The position numbers were made by a program, and so were the translations under genes. Shown here piece after piece: positions 7,662 to 17,643 of a stretch of 32,000 nucleotides of DNA; the stretch's first letter is position 1; the number at the start of each line of letters is the position of its first letter. The notes beneath the pieces were generated by a model that saw nothing but the letters and a program-made list of their open reading frames with translations, ran no database searches and was not told the origin of the DNA. Source of the DNA: Elusimicrobiaceae bacterium (lineage in GTDB: Bacteria; Elusimicrobiota; Elusimicrobia; Elusimicrobiales; Elusimicrobiaceae); the NCBI GenBank assembly GCA_045605725.1, contig JAZUQO010000015.1:1-32000 (forward strand), in the 5' to 3' direction.

Positions 7662-8257
7662 TGAAAACTTTAGAAAGAGTAATTAATGCTTTTAGAAAAT
7701 TTCCCGGTGTCGGTCCGCGCCAGGCCGAAAGATTTGCCTTATATCTCTTGCGGGCGAGCGAATCTCAAGCGGCGGAATTTACCCAAGCAATTTTAGATAT
7801 GCGTTTAAAGATCGGTTGTTGTCCCAAATGCTTTGCTTATAGTGAAAACGGTTCTTTATGTGAAATTTGCAGCGACGATACCCGCGATAATTCTTTACTT
7901 TGTATCGTTGAAGAACCAAAAGATATAGAAGCCATTGAAAAAACTAAAAGTTATAATGGTTATTATCACGTTTTACACGGTAGTATTTCCCCGATAGAAG
8001 GCCGTAGCGCAGATACCTTAAAATTGAAAGAACTTTTACATAGAGTTGAACAGGAAAAATCTGTTCTTAAAGAAATTATTATTGCCACCAACCCAGATAC
8101 CGAAGGCCAAACAACAGCCTTATATCTTGCCGATATGTTAAGAGATATCGGCCCCAAAATTACACGTCTTGGTTATGGTATGCCACTTGGCGGTAATATT
8201 GATTATATTGATGAAATGACATTATCTCATGCCTTAAAAGGCCGTACTAAACTATAA
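7661..8257 (+). CDS. recR: Recombination protein RecR
   Basis: 198 aa with the FPGVGPRQAERFA helix-hairpin-helix, a C4 zinc finger (CPKC...CEIC) and a Toprim region. Its start overlaps the dnaX stop (TAATG). Confidence 0.95.
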   Translation: MKTLERVINAFRKFPGVGPRQAERFALYLLRASESQAAEFTQAILDMRLKIGCCPKCFAYSENGSLCEICSDDTRDNSLLCIVEEPKDIEAIEKTKSYNGYYHVLHGSISPIEGRSADTLKLKELLHRVEQEKSVLKEIIIATNPDTEGQTTALYLADMLRDIGPKITRLGYGMPLGGNIDYIDEMTLSHALKGRTKL

Positions 8258-10077
8258 TGCATATTTCTTTTTATAAACGTCCTTTGGTTATTTTTCTTGT
8301 TGTTTATTGTTTGATTCTTGCTTTGTTTTTAAAAGCACCCAAAACAGATAATTCTTTTGAAAATTTTGCCAATACCCCACTTTCTTTACAGGGGGAAGTT
8401 GTTTCTTATCCCACATATAAAAACGTTAAAACAAATTTTATTTTAAAATTGGATAAAACCTATAATAATAAAAAAGTTTACGCATATTGTTTTAAAGAAG
8501 AATGTAAAAATATTTTAAGAGGTTCTTTTATTACTTACACCGGTAAAATTGAGCCTTTACCAAAGGAAATAAATTTCGGCTCTTTTGATTGGTCCTTATT
8601 TTTAAGAAGAAAAAATATTTCCGCCCAAGTTAGAATAGAAGATATTACAAAAGTTGAAAAGGCCAACACTTTTTGGCTGAATATTTCTAAAATCCGCAAA
8701 AGCATTTTAAATATATTTGAAGAAAATTTTGAAAAAGAACTTTTGCCGATAATAGGTGGTATTACTCTTGGTGAAAAGGGTGATATTTCCCGTGATCTTT
8801 ACGCAGATTTCCAGGATAGCGGTGCCATGCATCTCTTGGTTGCATCCGGCGGGAATGTCGGTTTTGTTACATTGATAATTTATTTCCTTTGTTCTTTATT
8901 TGGTTTTAGACGTATTTCAAGTGCGAGTTTGGCTTTGATTATCGCTTTGTTTTATACTTTGATTTCCGGGGCAGATGCCCCGTTGATTAGGGCTTATCTT
9001 ATGGCTTTTTGTTCTACTCTTGGTTTTGTTCTTGGCAGGAAAAGCGGGCTTTTGCAAGGTTTTGTTCTTGCCGGTTTAATTATTTTGATTTTTAATCCGC
9101 AGAGTTTATTTGAAGCGGGTTTTCAGATGTCTTTTCTTGCCACGCTCTCCATAATATTATTTGTGGGTAATTTTAAAATCAGTAATACTTTGCCCAAATA
9201 TATAAAAATCATAATGGAACTCTTTTTAATTTCTTTAGTTGCGCAATTATCTTTGGTTCCGATATTTTGTAATTATTTTCATAAAATTTCTTTAAGTGCC
9301 CCATTATCAAATATTATTTTAATACCCATAAGCGGGGTTTTGATGGGTGGCGGTTTCTTGCTTTGGATAGTATCTTTTCTACCTTTTGGTTTCCTTACAA
9401 AAATTATCGCTTTTGCATTAAATATTTTACTTATAGATTTTAAAATCTTTGTAGAGTTTTTTGCTTCTTTACCTATTTCTAAAATTGTTTGTCCGTCTTT
9501 AAATTTATTTTTAATAATTGCTTTTTATTTGGCTTTTTTCACTTTACTTAATTTGCCTTTAATTAAAAATAAAAAGAGATATGTTTTTATTATTTGTTCT
9601 TTAAGTCTTGTTTTATTAATAGCATCTTTCTTTTTTAATACATTTAAAACGGAAGTTTTGAAAGGACGGTATAATTTTGTTGTCCTTGATAAAGAAAGAA
9701 GTTTGACAAGAGTTTTCGGTGCAGGTGTTAAAGGTGATATCTTGCGCAATGCTGTTTTAGCGCTTGGTACAAAAGAAATTGATTGTCTTTTTGTGAAGGG
9801 CTCGGCAAGTTCGCTTTATGCACTTAAAAATTTGGAAGATATAAAAATAAAAAATATTTATCTTGAGCAAGATTTTATTAATGAAAAATCTGAAGATTTA
9901 CTTAAAAATGTAAACACAAAGATAAATTTTATTTGGCCAAATAAAGAATATTGTGGCGTTAAAATTGTAAAAGAGGAAAACTTAAATTTATCTTACCAAA
10001 CAGAAAAATTAAAAATTTTTAATAATATGAAAAAGATTTTTATAGAAGATAAAGAAGAAGATTTTAAAAAAGAATAA
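8257..10077 (+). CDS. comEC: ComEC/Rec2-family DNA internalisation channel protein with a degenerate C-terminal domain
   Basis: 606 aa with an N-terminal DUF4131-like region and a polytopic competence domain (GAMHLLVASGGNVG, FQMSFLATLSI). Its start overlaps the recR stop (TAATG). Confidence 0.8.
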   Translation: MHISFYKRPLVIFLVVYCLILALFLKAPKTDNSFENFANTPLSLQGEVVSYPTYKNVKTNFILKLDKTYNNKKVYAYCFKEECKNILRGSFITYTGKIEPLPKEINFGSFDWSLFLRRKNISAQVRIEDITKVEKANTFWLNISKIRKSILNIFEENFEKELLPIIGGITLGEKGDISRDLYADFQDSGAMHLLVASGGNVGFVTLIIYFLCSLFGFRRISSASLALIIALFYTLISGADAPLIRAYLMAFCSTLGFVLGRKSGLLQGFVLAGLIILIFNPQSLFEAGFQMSFLATLSIILFVGNFKISNTLPKYIKIIMELFLISLVAQLSLVPIFCNYFHKISLSAPLSNIILIPISGVLMGGGFLLWIVSFLPFGFLTKIIAFALNILLIDFKIFVEFFASLPISKIVCPSLNLFLIIAFYLAFFTLLNLPLIKNKKRYVFIICSLSLVLLIASFFFNTFKTEVLKGRYNFVVLDKERSLTRVFGAGVKGDILRNAVLALGTKEIDCLFVKGSASSLYALKNLEDIKIKNIYLEQDFINEKSEDLLKNVNTKINFIWPNKEYCGVKIVKEENLNLSYQTEKLKIFNNMKKIFIEDKEEDFKKE

Positions 10078-10080
10078 AAT

Positions 10081-10506
10081 TTATCTGAAAGGGATTCTTT
10101 CGCTGTCGTTTTCTCTTTTATTTGATATGTAATTATCCAAACTTATCTGCCCGCCACCGAGAATAAAAAAACCAAAAAGTAAAGCAAGAGCAAGCAAAAC
10201 ACCTACGATATTTACTCTGTTAAAATCGCCGGCAAAAAAGAAAAAACCCGTAAACAAAGTGGCAATGATATTGGCAATAGCGGCAAGCCTTGTTTTAAAT
10301 CCCGCAAATAACATTAAACTTGCAAGAAAAGTTAAAATTGTTACTGCTATACAAATAGGATAAGCATAGGGCAAACCTATATCAATAGCGTTTTGGACTA
10401 ATGCCTTTATGTGTAATATTTCGCCAATTGCCAAAAAAGCAAAAGCCAAACTTAATAATGTCCTTTGCACAAACAAAACTAAAGAAAGGCTTTTGCTTTT
10501 TTGCAT
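10081..10506 (-). CDS. DoxX-family membrane protein
   Basis: 141 aa with four predicted hydrophobic helices, FAGFKTRLAA and the C-terminal GGGQISLD motif typical of DoxX. Confidence 0.7.
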   Translation of the reverse strand: MQKSKSLSLVLFVQRTLLSLAFAFLAIGEILHIKALVQNAIDIGLPYAYPICIAVTILTFLASLMLFAGFKTRLAAIANIIATLFTGFFFFAGDFNRVNIVGVLLALALLFGFFILGGGQISLDNYISNKRENDSERIPFR

Positions 10507-10510
10507 ATAA

Positions 10511-11338
10511 TTAGAATCCTACTGAAGCATTAAGGGTATAAAATCTTTGTCTGTCTTGTCCTTCTTTTTTGCTGAAATTATACCACTCTACCGCGCCGTG
10601 AATATTAACTACGGCAAGGTTGACGGTTACACCGAGTCTTAAATCATCAGTTTCTTTAAAACCTTTTAATTTGATCAAACCATAAGAAGCAAAAGGTCTG
10701 ACGATTTTGTAGGTGTACCCGGCATCTACGGCCAAAGAATAATCTAAAAAGCCGTCGTAAACAGCGCTAAGCCCCGGGATATCAAGCCAAGCGGGGGCAA
10801 GGCCTGCAACATCTTCTGAATAATCAATAGCTTTAGTGTAAGTTGCCCCAAGGTCAAGTCCGCCTTTAGCACCTCTGATAAAAGCATAGATATCTGTCTC
10901 GTTAATATCAATGTCCGGTGAGCCGTAGAAAGTATGATAAGTTTTTCTTGCTCCACCACCGATTTTAAAAGAATCCATAGGTATTACGCCCATCATTAAG
11001 TGGGAAATATCTAAAGAAGCATAAGCCCCGATAGCATAATTGGAATAACCATTTTTCTTAGGGGTATAATAGCCGTCAGCACCGATTTCAAGAATATCTA
11101 AAAACGGTGTTTGCCAGTTAAGACCAAGGCCGTATTTATACATAGTATCCATGCCGTCTCTTGAATACATTGCTGCTTGCGGTACAATGCCTAAGCCCGG
11201 CACAAAAGGCACGCCCATATTATAAGATGCTCTTGCTACGCTATAGCCGTCGCTACCGACTACGGCGGAAGCATCTAACTGAGCATTTGCCATAGCAAAA
11301 GGGCAGCATAAAAGTAAAAATACTAATAACTTTTTCAT
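10511..11338 (-). CDS. Outer-membrane beta-barrel protein (unclassified)
   Basis: Signal peptide MKKLLVFLLLCCPFAMANA, alternating aromatic/Gly-rich strands, and a C-terminal ...LNASVGF ending in Phe. Confidence 0.6.
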   Translation of the reverse strand: MKKLLVFLLLCCPFAMANAQLDASAVVGSDGYSVARASYNMGVPFVPGLGIVPQAAMYSRDGMDTMYKYGLGLNWQTPFLDILEIGADGYYTPKKNGYSNYAIGAYASLDISHLMMGVIPMDSFKIGGGARKTYHTFYGSPDIDINETDIYAFIRGAKGGLDLGATYTKAIDYSEDVAGLAPAWLDIPGLSAVYDGFLDYSLAVDAGYTYKIVRPFASYGLIKLKGFKETDDLRLGVTVNLAVVNIHGAVEWYNFSKKEGQDRQRFYTLNASVGF

Positions 11339-11356
11339 TATTTTTTCCTCTTTAAT

Positions 11357-12436
11357 TTAGCAGCAAGAACATTTTTTTGTTTTTGCTGTTTTTGCTTTTC
11401 TATCTTCTTCTTGTAAGAATTTTTGATAGTTGTGGGCTTTTCTGTTCTTCCAAGATTTTTTGTGATAGCCATAGCCAATAATTAAGGGGATTGCTAAAGT
11501 GGCTTCGCTATAGACCATTTGTTCTTGGGAGGTGGAAACTTTACCCCAACTGGAGGCTTCTTTTAAAGTGGATCCGGACAAGGCGCCATCTCTTACATCG
11601 GCAACGGTGATTTGAACAGCATATTTATGCATAGGAATATCTGCGCCCAAAATTTCAGCGGCAACGACGGTATCTTGCACAAAGTTCTTCGGTACACCAC
11701 CGCAGAACATCATAAGGCCGCTTTCCTTTGCTGCCATTTTAATTTTGGTAAGTTCCAAGAAATCTTTGGCACTGTCAATTGAAACATGGTGAACAGGATT
11801 TTCTGTTTGATGGGCTACAAAACCAAAACCGGCGGAGCAATCGGAGAAAGCCGGCACAAATATAGGCACACCTTTTTTGTAAGCATTATAGATAATGGAA
11901 TCTTTACCTTTCTTTTGTTTTTCAAGCCATTTACCCATTTCATAAATAAATTCTCTTGAAGAATAAGGGCGCGGCTCAAGCATATTGCAAATTTTGTGGA
12001 CGCTTTCGTCGCAAACTTTAAGTTCGTCTTCGTTGATATAGGTATCGTAAATTCTGTCAATATGTAAATCGCGGAGTAAATTATCGTCGGCAAAGTGTTG
12101 GTCGCCTTTATAATGTTTATAACCTAAAGCCTCAAAGAAATCTTGGTCAATAATATTTGCACCGTTAGAAATTATCGCATCAACCATATTATTTTGAATC
12201 ATATCAACAATAACTTTTTTAAGTCCGGCGGAAACTAGTGAACCGGCAATTGTCAAAAAGACACAACAATCTTTTTCCTTAAGCATTGAATTATAAATAT
12301 TTGCGGCTCTGTTTAAATCACGGGAAGAATAAGCCATATCAGCCATATCATCAACAAGTTTAACGACATTATGTTTTTTAATATCAATGTGTTTGATTGT
12401 TTCCTTAAGGAAATCTTTTTGTTTCAATTTTGCCAT
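11357..12436 (-). CDS. Deoxyhypusine synthase-like (homospermidine synthase-like) protein
   Basis: 359 aa. The N-terminal region ...[45 protein letters not shown] matches the DHS fold family as I recall it. It has a Lys-rich tail ending KKCSCC. Confidence 0.75.
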   Translation of the reverse strand: MAKLKQKDFLKETIKHIDIKKHNVVKLVDDMADMAYSSRDLNRAANIYNSMLKEKDCCVFLTIAGSLVSAGLKKVIVDMIQNNMVDAIISNGANIIDQDFFEALGYKHYKGDQHFADDNLLRDLHIDRIYDTYINEDELKVCDESVHKICNMLEPRPYSSREFIYEMGKWLEKQKKGKDSIIYNAYKKGVPIFVPAFSDCSAGFGFVAHQTENPVHHVSIDSAKDFLELTKIKMAAKESGLMMFCGGVPKNFVQDTVVAAEILGADIPMHKYAVQITVADVRDGALSGSTLKEASSWGKVSTSQEQMVYSEATLAIPLIIGYGYHKKSWKNRKAHNYQKFLQEEDRKAKTAKTKKCSCC

Positions 12437-12454
12437 TTTTGGGGGCCTCCTAAT

Positions 12455-12463
12455 TGCTATAAT
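12455..12463 (+). promoter_or_regulatory. Extended -10 promoter element TGCTATAAT upstream of glyA
   Basis: Exact TGnTATAAT about 60 nt upstream of the glyA ATG, in a divergent intergenic region. Confidence 0.4.
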
Positions 12464-12523
12464 GTTTTATATAATTATTATATAATTATTGTAAATTTTT
12501 TTAAATACTTTTTTGGAGATTTT

Positions 12524-13771
12524 ATGTATAACTTTATCAAAGAACAAGACGCACCCTTATATGAAGCAATTATGCAGGAATATGAAAGGCAAAAAAACAG
12601 AATAGAGTTAATCGCTTCGGAAAATTTTGCATCTCCTGCAGTTATGCAGGCGCAGGGCTCAATTTTAACTAATAAATATGCCGAGGGTTACCCCGGCAAA
12701 AGATATTACGGCGGTTGTGAGTTTGTTGATAAAGTTGAAACTATTGCTATTGAACGCGCAAAGGAACTTTTTAAAGCAGAAGGGGCAAATGTGCAACCGC
12801 ACAGCGGCACGCAGGCCAATTTAGCGGCCTATTTATCTTTAATAAATCCGGGCGATAAAATTTTGGGTTTAAATTTATCGCACGGCGGTCATTTATCGCA
12901 CGGTCATCCTTTAAACTTCAGTGGTAAATATTTTAAAGTTGCTTCAATAAATGTGCGCCCCGATACAAATGAAATTGATTATGACGAGGCCCTAAAAATA
13001 GCAAAAGAATTTCAGCCCAAACTTATTATGGCGGGCGCCTCAAATTATTCGCGCATTTTTGATTGGGCCTTTTTAAGAAAAATTGCCGATGAAGTCGGCG
13101 CTTATCTTGTTTGCGATATTGCCCATTATGCCGGTTTAGTAGCGGCGGGAGAATATCCAAGCCCAGTTTCTTATGCTGATATTACAACAACCACAACGCA
13201 TAAAACTTTGCGCGGTCCGCGCGGCGGTTTAATTTTGTGTAAAGAAAAATATTTAAAGCAAGTTAATTCTTCTGTTTTTCCGGGCAATCAAGGCGGTCCT
13301 TTAATGCACATAATTGCGGCAAAAGCCGTCTGCTTTGGCGAGGCGTTAAAACCGGAATTTAAAATTTATCAAAAACAAGTTAAAGCCAATGCTAAAATTC
13401 TTGCCAAAACTTTACAGGAAAAGGGCTATCAAATTGTTGCCGGTGGCACAGACTGCCATTTGCTTTGTGTTGATTTGCGCTCCAAAAACATAACAGGCAA
13501 AGAAGCCGAAATCGCCCTTGATAAAGCAGGTATAACCTGTAATAAAAACACTATTCCTTATGACCCGCAAAAACCGATGATTACAAGCGGCATCCGCCTT
13601 GGCACCCCGGCAATAACCACGCGCGGTATGAAAGAAAACGCTATGCTTCAAATAGCCCAGTTTATAGACGAAGTCATAAACAATTATACAAACGAAGAAA
13701 AACTTAAAGAAATATCTTTGAAAGTGGAAAAATTTTTATCCGCTTATCCTTTATATAAGGAGTTAATATAA
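12524..13771 (+). CDS. glyA: Serine hydroxymethyltransferase
   Basis: [24 protein letters not shown].., [22 protein letters not shown] (PLP lysine). The start is set at ATG 12524, with GGAG at 12515..12518; the ORF-track start at 12371 adds a nonsense extension that overlaps the divergent gene. Confidence 0.95.
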   Translation: MYNFIKEQDAPLYEAIMQEYERQKNRIELIASENFASPAVMQAQGSILTNKYAEGYPGKRYYGGCEFVDKVETIAIERAKELFKAEGANVQPHSGTQANLAAYLSLINPGDKILGLNLSHGGHLSHGHPLNFSGKYFKVASINVRPDTNEIDYDEALKIAKEFQPKLIMAGASNYSRIFDWAFLRKIADEVGAYLVCDIAHYAGLVAAGEYPSPVSYADITTTTTHKTLRGPRGGLILCKEKYLKQVNSSVFPGNQGGPLMHIIAAKAVCFGEALKPEFKIYQKQVKANAKILAKTLQEKGYQIVAGGTDCHLLCVDLRSKNITGKEAEIALDKAGITCNKNTIPYDPQKPMITSGIRLGTPAITTRGMKENAMLQIAQFIDEVINNYTNEEKLKEISLKVEKFLSAYPLYKELI

Positions 13772-13772
13772 T

Positions 13773-14627
13773 ATGATACAAATAGGTATAATCGGTGGCA
13801 GCGGCCTTTATAATATTGAAGGCTTAAAAAATATTAAAGAAATTGCGGTAAAAACTCCTTTCGGTAATCCTTCAGACAAGGTTATCACAGGTGAAATTAA
13901 AGGTATTAAAATCGGTTTTATTGCCCGCCATAACAGAAAACATCTTTTTACTCCGACGGAAGTCCCTTACAAGGCAAATATTTACGCACTTAAAAAACTT
14001 GGCGCAAACACGATAATTGCTTTTAGCGCAGTCGGTTCTTTAAGGGAAAAATTCCCACCTAAAACTTTAGTTATGCCCGATCAAATTATAGATAAAACAA
14101 TTTTGCGCCAAAACACTTTTTTCGGCGGAGGTTTAGTTATACATACGCCTTTTGCCCATCCTTTCTGTAATTGCTTACAGGAAATTTTGTATGAAGAAGC
14201 AAAAAAACTTAAAATAAAAGCGGCCAAAGGCGCAACTTTAATTACTATGGAAGGGCCGGCTTATTCTACTAAAGCGGAAAGTTTATTCCACAAAAAAATG
14301 GGTTTTGATTTAATAGGTATGACTGCCTGCCCCGAAGCAAAACTTGCGCGTGAGGCCAGTTTGCGTTTTGCCCAAGTTTGTATGGTAACAGATTTTGATT
14401 CTTGGAAAGAAGGCGAAGAAGTAAGCGTAGCCATAGTAAATGAGACGATGAAATATAATGAAGTCGCCGCAAAAAAACTTATTTTGGCAGCACTTCCCTT
14501 AATTGCCAAAAAGGCTTTTTGTCCGGATTGTAAAAAAGAAATGCCCGATCTAAAGGCAAGCCATAATAAAACGGTAGATAAAAAAGTTTTAAAAAAATTA
14601 GAAGTAATTTTAAAACAAAATTTCTAA
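13773..14627 (+). CDS. mtnP: S-methyl-5'-thioadenosine phosphorylase
   Basis: 284 aa with IGIIGGSGLY, ARHNRKH and GMTACPEAKLAREA motifs of the MTAP/PNP family. Confidence 0.88.
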   Translation: MIQIGIIGGSGLYNIEGLKNIKEIAVKTPFGNPSDKVITGEIKGIKIGFIARHNRKHLFTPTEVPYKANIYALKKLGANTIIAFSAVGSLREKFPPKTLVMPDQIIDKTILRQNTFFGGGLVIHTPFAHPFCNCLQEILYEEAKKLKIKAAKGATLITMEGPAYSTKAESLFHKKMGFDLIGMTACPEAKLAREASLRFAQVCMVTDFDSWKEGEEVSVAIVNETMKYNEVAAKKLILAALPLIAKKAFCPDCKKEMPDLKASHNKTVDKKVLKKLEVILKQNF

Positions 14628-14655
14628 ATAGGAATTTAAAACACGCCCTCTGTGC

Positions 14656-14705
14656 TTGACAGCCATAAGAGATATTTGATAAAATATACTTACCGGTAGG
14701 TAAAT
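14656..14705 (+). promoter_or_regulatory. Candidate promoter (TTGACA-N18-TAAAAT with an upstream TG) and an imperfect 22-bp palindromic operator for the TetR/efflux operon
   Basis: TTGACA at 14656..14661 and TAAAAT at 14680..14685. The palindrome ATATACTTACCGGTAGGTAAAT at 14684..14705 is centred on CCGG, with 9 of 11 positions pairing. Confidence 0.4.
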
Positions 14706-14717
14706 ATATAAAAACTT

Positions 14718-15317
14718 ATGGCAAAAAAAGAAAATAAAACTTCTAAAGAAGAAATAAAGCTAAAAGCTTTTGAACTTATGGCACGCCAAGGGATAAAAAA
14801 TATCTCTATGCGCCAAATTGCCGAGGCTTGCGGCGTAAGTAAGCCTGTGCTTTATTACTACTTTAAAGATAAAGATGATTTGCTTTTTCAAATGATAAAG
14901 GAAAGGCTTGATGAGATAAATAAAGTCTTAAATCAAGGCTTAGAAAAAGATTTATTTTTGCAGGATCTTTTAAAAACTTTGCTTTATTCCCATATTATAG
15001 TAAAAAGCGATTTTAAGGAAACCTCTTCGTTTTTGCTGCATTTAAGCGTTTATGTCCGTGGCAATAAAACCTTGGAAAATAAACTTCTTAATATACGCAA
15101 AGAAGCAAACGAAGCTATCTATAAAATGCTTAATTTACAATATAAAAAGGGCCGTTTAACTAAAAAAAATAGGGAAACTGGTTTTTATTTAGTTTTAGCG
15201 GTTTTCTCTTTTTTATCTATGTATTCCGTTGATAAGAGTATAAAGATAGATAAAGACTTAATAAACGATATGGCAAATGCTATATTAAAAGGAATTTCTT
15301 TTAAAGGGGGGAAATAA
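14718..15317 (+). CDS. TetR/AcrR-family transcriptional regulator
   Basis: 199 aa with the N-terminal HTH FELMARQGIKNISMRQIAEACGVSKPVLYYYFKDKDDLL. First gene of the efflux operon. Confidence 0.9.
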   Translation: MAKKENKTSKEEIKLKAFELMARQGIKNISMRQIAEACGVSKPVLYYYFKDKDDLLFQMIKERLDEINKVLNQGLEKDLFLQDLLKTLLYSHIIVKSDFKETSSFLLHLSVYVRGNKTLENKLLNIRKEANEAIYKMLNLQYKKGRLTKKNRETGFYLVLAVFSFLSMYSVDKSIKIDKDLINDMANAILKGISFKGGK

Positions 15318-16691
15318 ATGAGTGTAAAATATAAAGTATTATTATGTTCTTTTGCGTTTTGTTTGGCAAATTGTCTTGCTTTTGCGCAAAATACAAAAGA
15401 CGGTGTTGACCTGTTTGCTTTGGAAAATGCAGATCCAAATGCTATTACCATTGAACAGGCAACTCAAATTGCTATGGAAAGCAACTCAAGTATCCAAATT
15501 GCCCAAAAATCAGCGCAGATTTACGAACAGCAAGTTAAACAATATTGGTCTTATGTCTACCCGCAAATCAATTTAAGCGGATCATACACACGCACCATTC
15601 ACCCGCAGGAAGTTTTAACTTCTATGGGTAAATTTAGAATGGGCCTTGATAATGCTACCAGCGGCACGGCAGAAGCCACGCTTTTGCTTTGGAAAGGTGG
15701 CGCTGTCAGCGCAGGTATAAGGATGGGCAAATACCATTCCCAAAGCGGTTATTTACAACTGAATGAAACACAAAATCTAATAAAAGATAATGTTAATACT
15801 TTATGTTTCGGTATCATTTTATCGCATGCTTTAATACAGGTTCAAAAAGAAAATTTAGATATTGCTAAAGACCATCTTCAAGAAATTCAGCAAAAGTATA
15901 AACAAGGTCTTGCCAGCGATTTGGATGTTCTTAACCAAAAAGTTAAAGTTTCCAACAGTGAACCTGCTTTAATACAAGCAAAAAATGCTTATGAAATAGG
16001 CCTTTTAACTTTAAGAAGAATTTTAAATAAAGATCCCCAAGATGAACTTTCTTTAAAATGGAATCTTAAGGATATTATGACCTATCAAATTCCCGATTTG
16101 GATACCCTTTTTGAAATAGCCCAAAATAATAGGCCGGAGTTAATAATTTCCCAACTTAATATTAAAATGGCAAAAGAACAGGTTAATGTTGCTAAAGCAG
16201 ATCATTATGGCTCGCTTACGGCTTTTGCCAATGCAACTTATACCGGTTCTTCAAATGAAGTTATTATACCGATGAGCAGTTATAATTCTTCTTATGGTAC
16301 GGCGGTCGGCTTAAGATTAAATATTCCTTTATTTGAAGGCTTTAGGGTTTCTTCCCAAGTGCGCCAAAAGCAACTTGCCTATGAACAAGCCCTTATCCAA
16401 GCGCAAGATACCCAAAGAAATATCAAAATAGAAGTCAAACGCGCCTGGCTTAACTTAAACGAAGCAAAAGAAAGAATTGCATCCACAAAAGGGACAATCA
16501 GCCAAGCACGCAAAAATTTACATAGCACAAATTTAAGATATAGAAACGGTCTTGCAAGCCGCCTTGACCTTGACGACGCTGCTTTGCTTTTACACGATGC
16601 GGAACTTCAATTTGTCCAGGCTGTACACGATGGCTTTGTGGCCCTTTCAAATTTGAATTATGCAGCAGGTAAAGAAGTAGCAATAAAATAA
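15318..16691 (+). CDS. TolC-family outer-membrane efflux protein
   Basis: 457 aa with a signal peptide and two repeats of the OEP coiled-coil/barrel pattern. Its start abuts the TetR stop. Confidence 0.85.
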   Translation: MSVKYKVLLCSFAFCLANCLAFAQNTKDGVDLFALENADPNAITIEQATQIAMESNSSIQIAQKSAQIYEQQVKQYWSYVYPQINLSGSYTRTIHPQEVLTSMGKFRMGLDNATSGTAEATLLLWKGGAVSAGIRMGKYHSQSGYLQLNETQNLIKDNVNTLCFGIILSHALIQVQKENLDIAKDHLQEIQQKYKQGLASDLDVLNQKVKVSNSEPALIQAKNAYEIGLLTLRRILNKDPQDELSLKWNLKDIMTYQIPDLDTLFEIAQNNRPELIISQLNIKMAKEQVNVAKADHYGSLTAFANATYTGSSNEVIIPMSSYNSSYGTAVGLRLNIPLFEGFRVSSQVRQKQLAYEQALIQAQDTQRNIKIEVKRAWLNLNEAKERIASTKGTISQARKNLHSTNLRYRNGLASRLDLDDAALLLHDAELQFVQAVHDGFVALSNLNYAAGKEVAIK

Positions 16692-16702
16692 TTTAGGAGA
16701 AT

Positions 16703-17641
16703 ATGAAAATGAAACTTATAAGAAAACCAAAAAATGAACAAGAACGCAAAATCGCCAACTATATAATTTTGGCTGTTATAATAGTAGTAATAATAGCATT
16801 AGTATATAACTTTGCATTTAAGAAAGATCCCGCTCAAATTTTAAATCAAGTTAATACGGATGTTTTTGCCGTATCTATTGAAAGACCGCAAAACCGCGAT
16901 TTAAAACATCAACTTTTAACTTCCGGCAGTTTAAAAGCACTTGAAGAAGCCGTAATCTATCCGCGTGTTAATGGTAAATTATTAAAGAATATTTTAAGGG
17001 AAGGCGATAAAGTCAAAAAAGGCCAAACAATTTCTTTAATTGAACGCGACGAAGTCGGCGCGAAATATGAACCCGTCGTCGTACCTTCTACAATTAACGG
17101 TGTCGTCGGCAGAATTTATTTAGACCCCGGTGCAAATGTAATAACTTCTACACCGATTGCTTTGGTTGTTAATCAAGATACTATCAGAATTGCTGTTGAT
17201 ATACCGGAAAGATATATCGGAGAAATTTCTAAAGGTCAAACTGCCTGGCTTACGGTTGAGGCTTTGCCTGATCAAAAATTTGAAGCAGTTTTAGATCTTA
17301 TCAGCCCGGTGGTGGATTCTTTAAGCCGTTCTGTTGCAGTGGAATTTAAAGCAAATAATAAAGACGGCAAATTAATGTCCGGTATGTTTGCAAAATTGGA
17401 TATTTCCCTTGCCGAGCAAAAAAATGCTTTATCTTTATCAAAGAAAAATATTTTAGAAAATGCCGACGGTTCTTATTATGTTTTAGTTCCTTCACAAGAC
17501 GGTAAAACCGCTGAAAAGAAAAATATCCAAGTCGGTTTTAAAAATAATGACCATTGGCAAGTTTCCGGAATAGCAGAAAATCAACCGGTATTAAACTTTG
17601 TTTTCGGTCTTAAAGAAGGCAGCCCCATTGAGGTTAAATAA
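16703..17641 (+). CDS. RND efflux periplasmic adaptor (membrane fusion protein)
   Basis: 312 aa with an N-terminal membrane anchor and a lipoyl/beta-barrel pattern (GDKVKKGQTISLIE...). The start could be ATG 16709. Confidence 0.85.
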   Translation: MKMKLIRKPKNEQERKIANYIILAVIIVVIIALVYNFAFKKDPAQILNQVNTDVFAVSIERPQNRDLKHQLLTSGSLKALEEAVIYPRVNGKLLKNILREGDKVKKGQTISLIERDEVGAKYEPVVVPSTINGVVGRIYLDPGANVITSTPIALVVNQDTIRIAVDIPERYIGEISKGQTAWLTVEALPDQKFEAVLDLISPVVDSLSRSVAVEFKANNKDGKLMSGMFAKLDISLAEQKNALSLSKKNILENADGSYYVLVPSQDGKTAEKKNIQVGFKNNDHWQVSGIAENQPVLNFVFGLKEGSPIEVK

Positions 17642-17643
17642 CT

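Noticed and set aside
12371-12523. 51-codon N-terminal extension of glyA in the ORF track ([11 protein letters not shown]...)
   Set aside because: The extension overlaps the divergent deoxyhypusine-synthase-like gene start and the promoter region. It has nonsense composition. Conserved SHMT sequence begins at ATG 12524, which has a GGAG 6 nt upstream.
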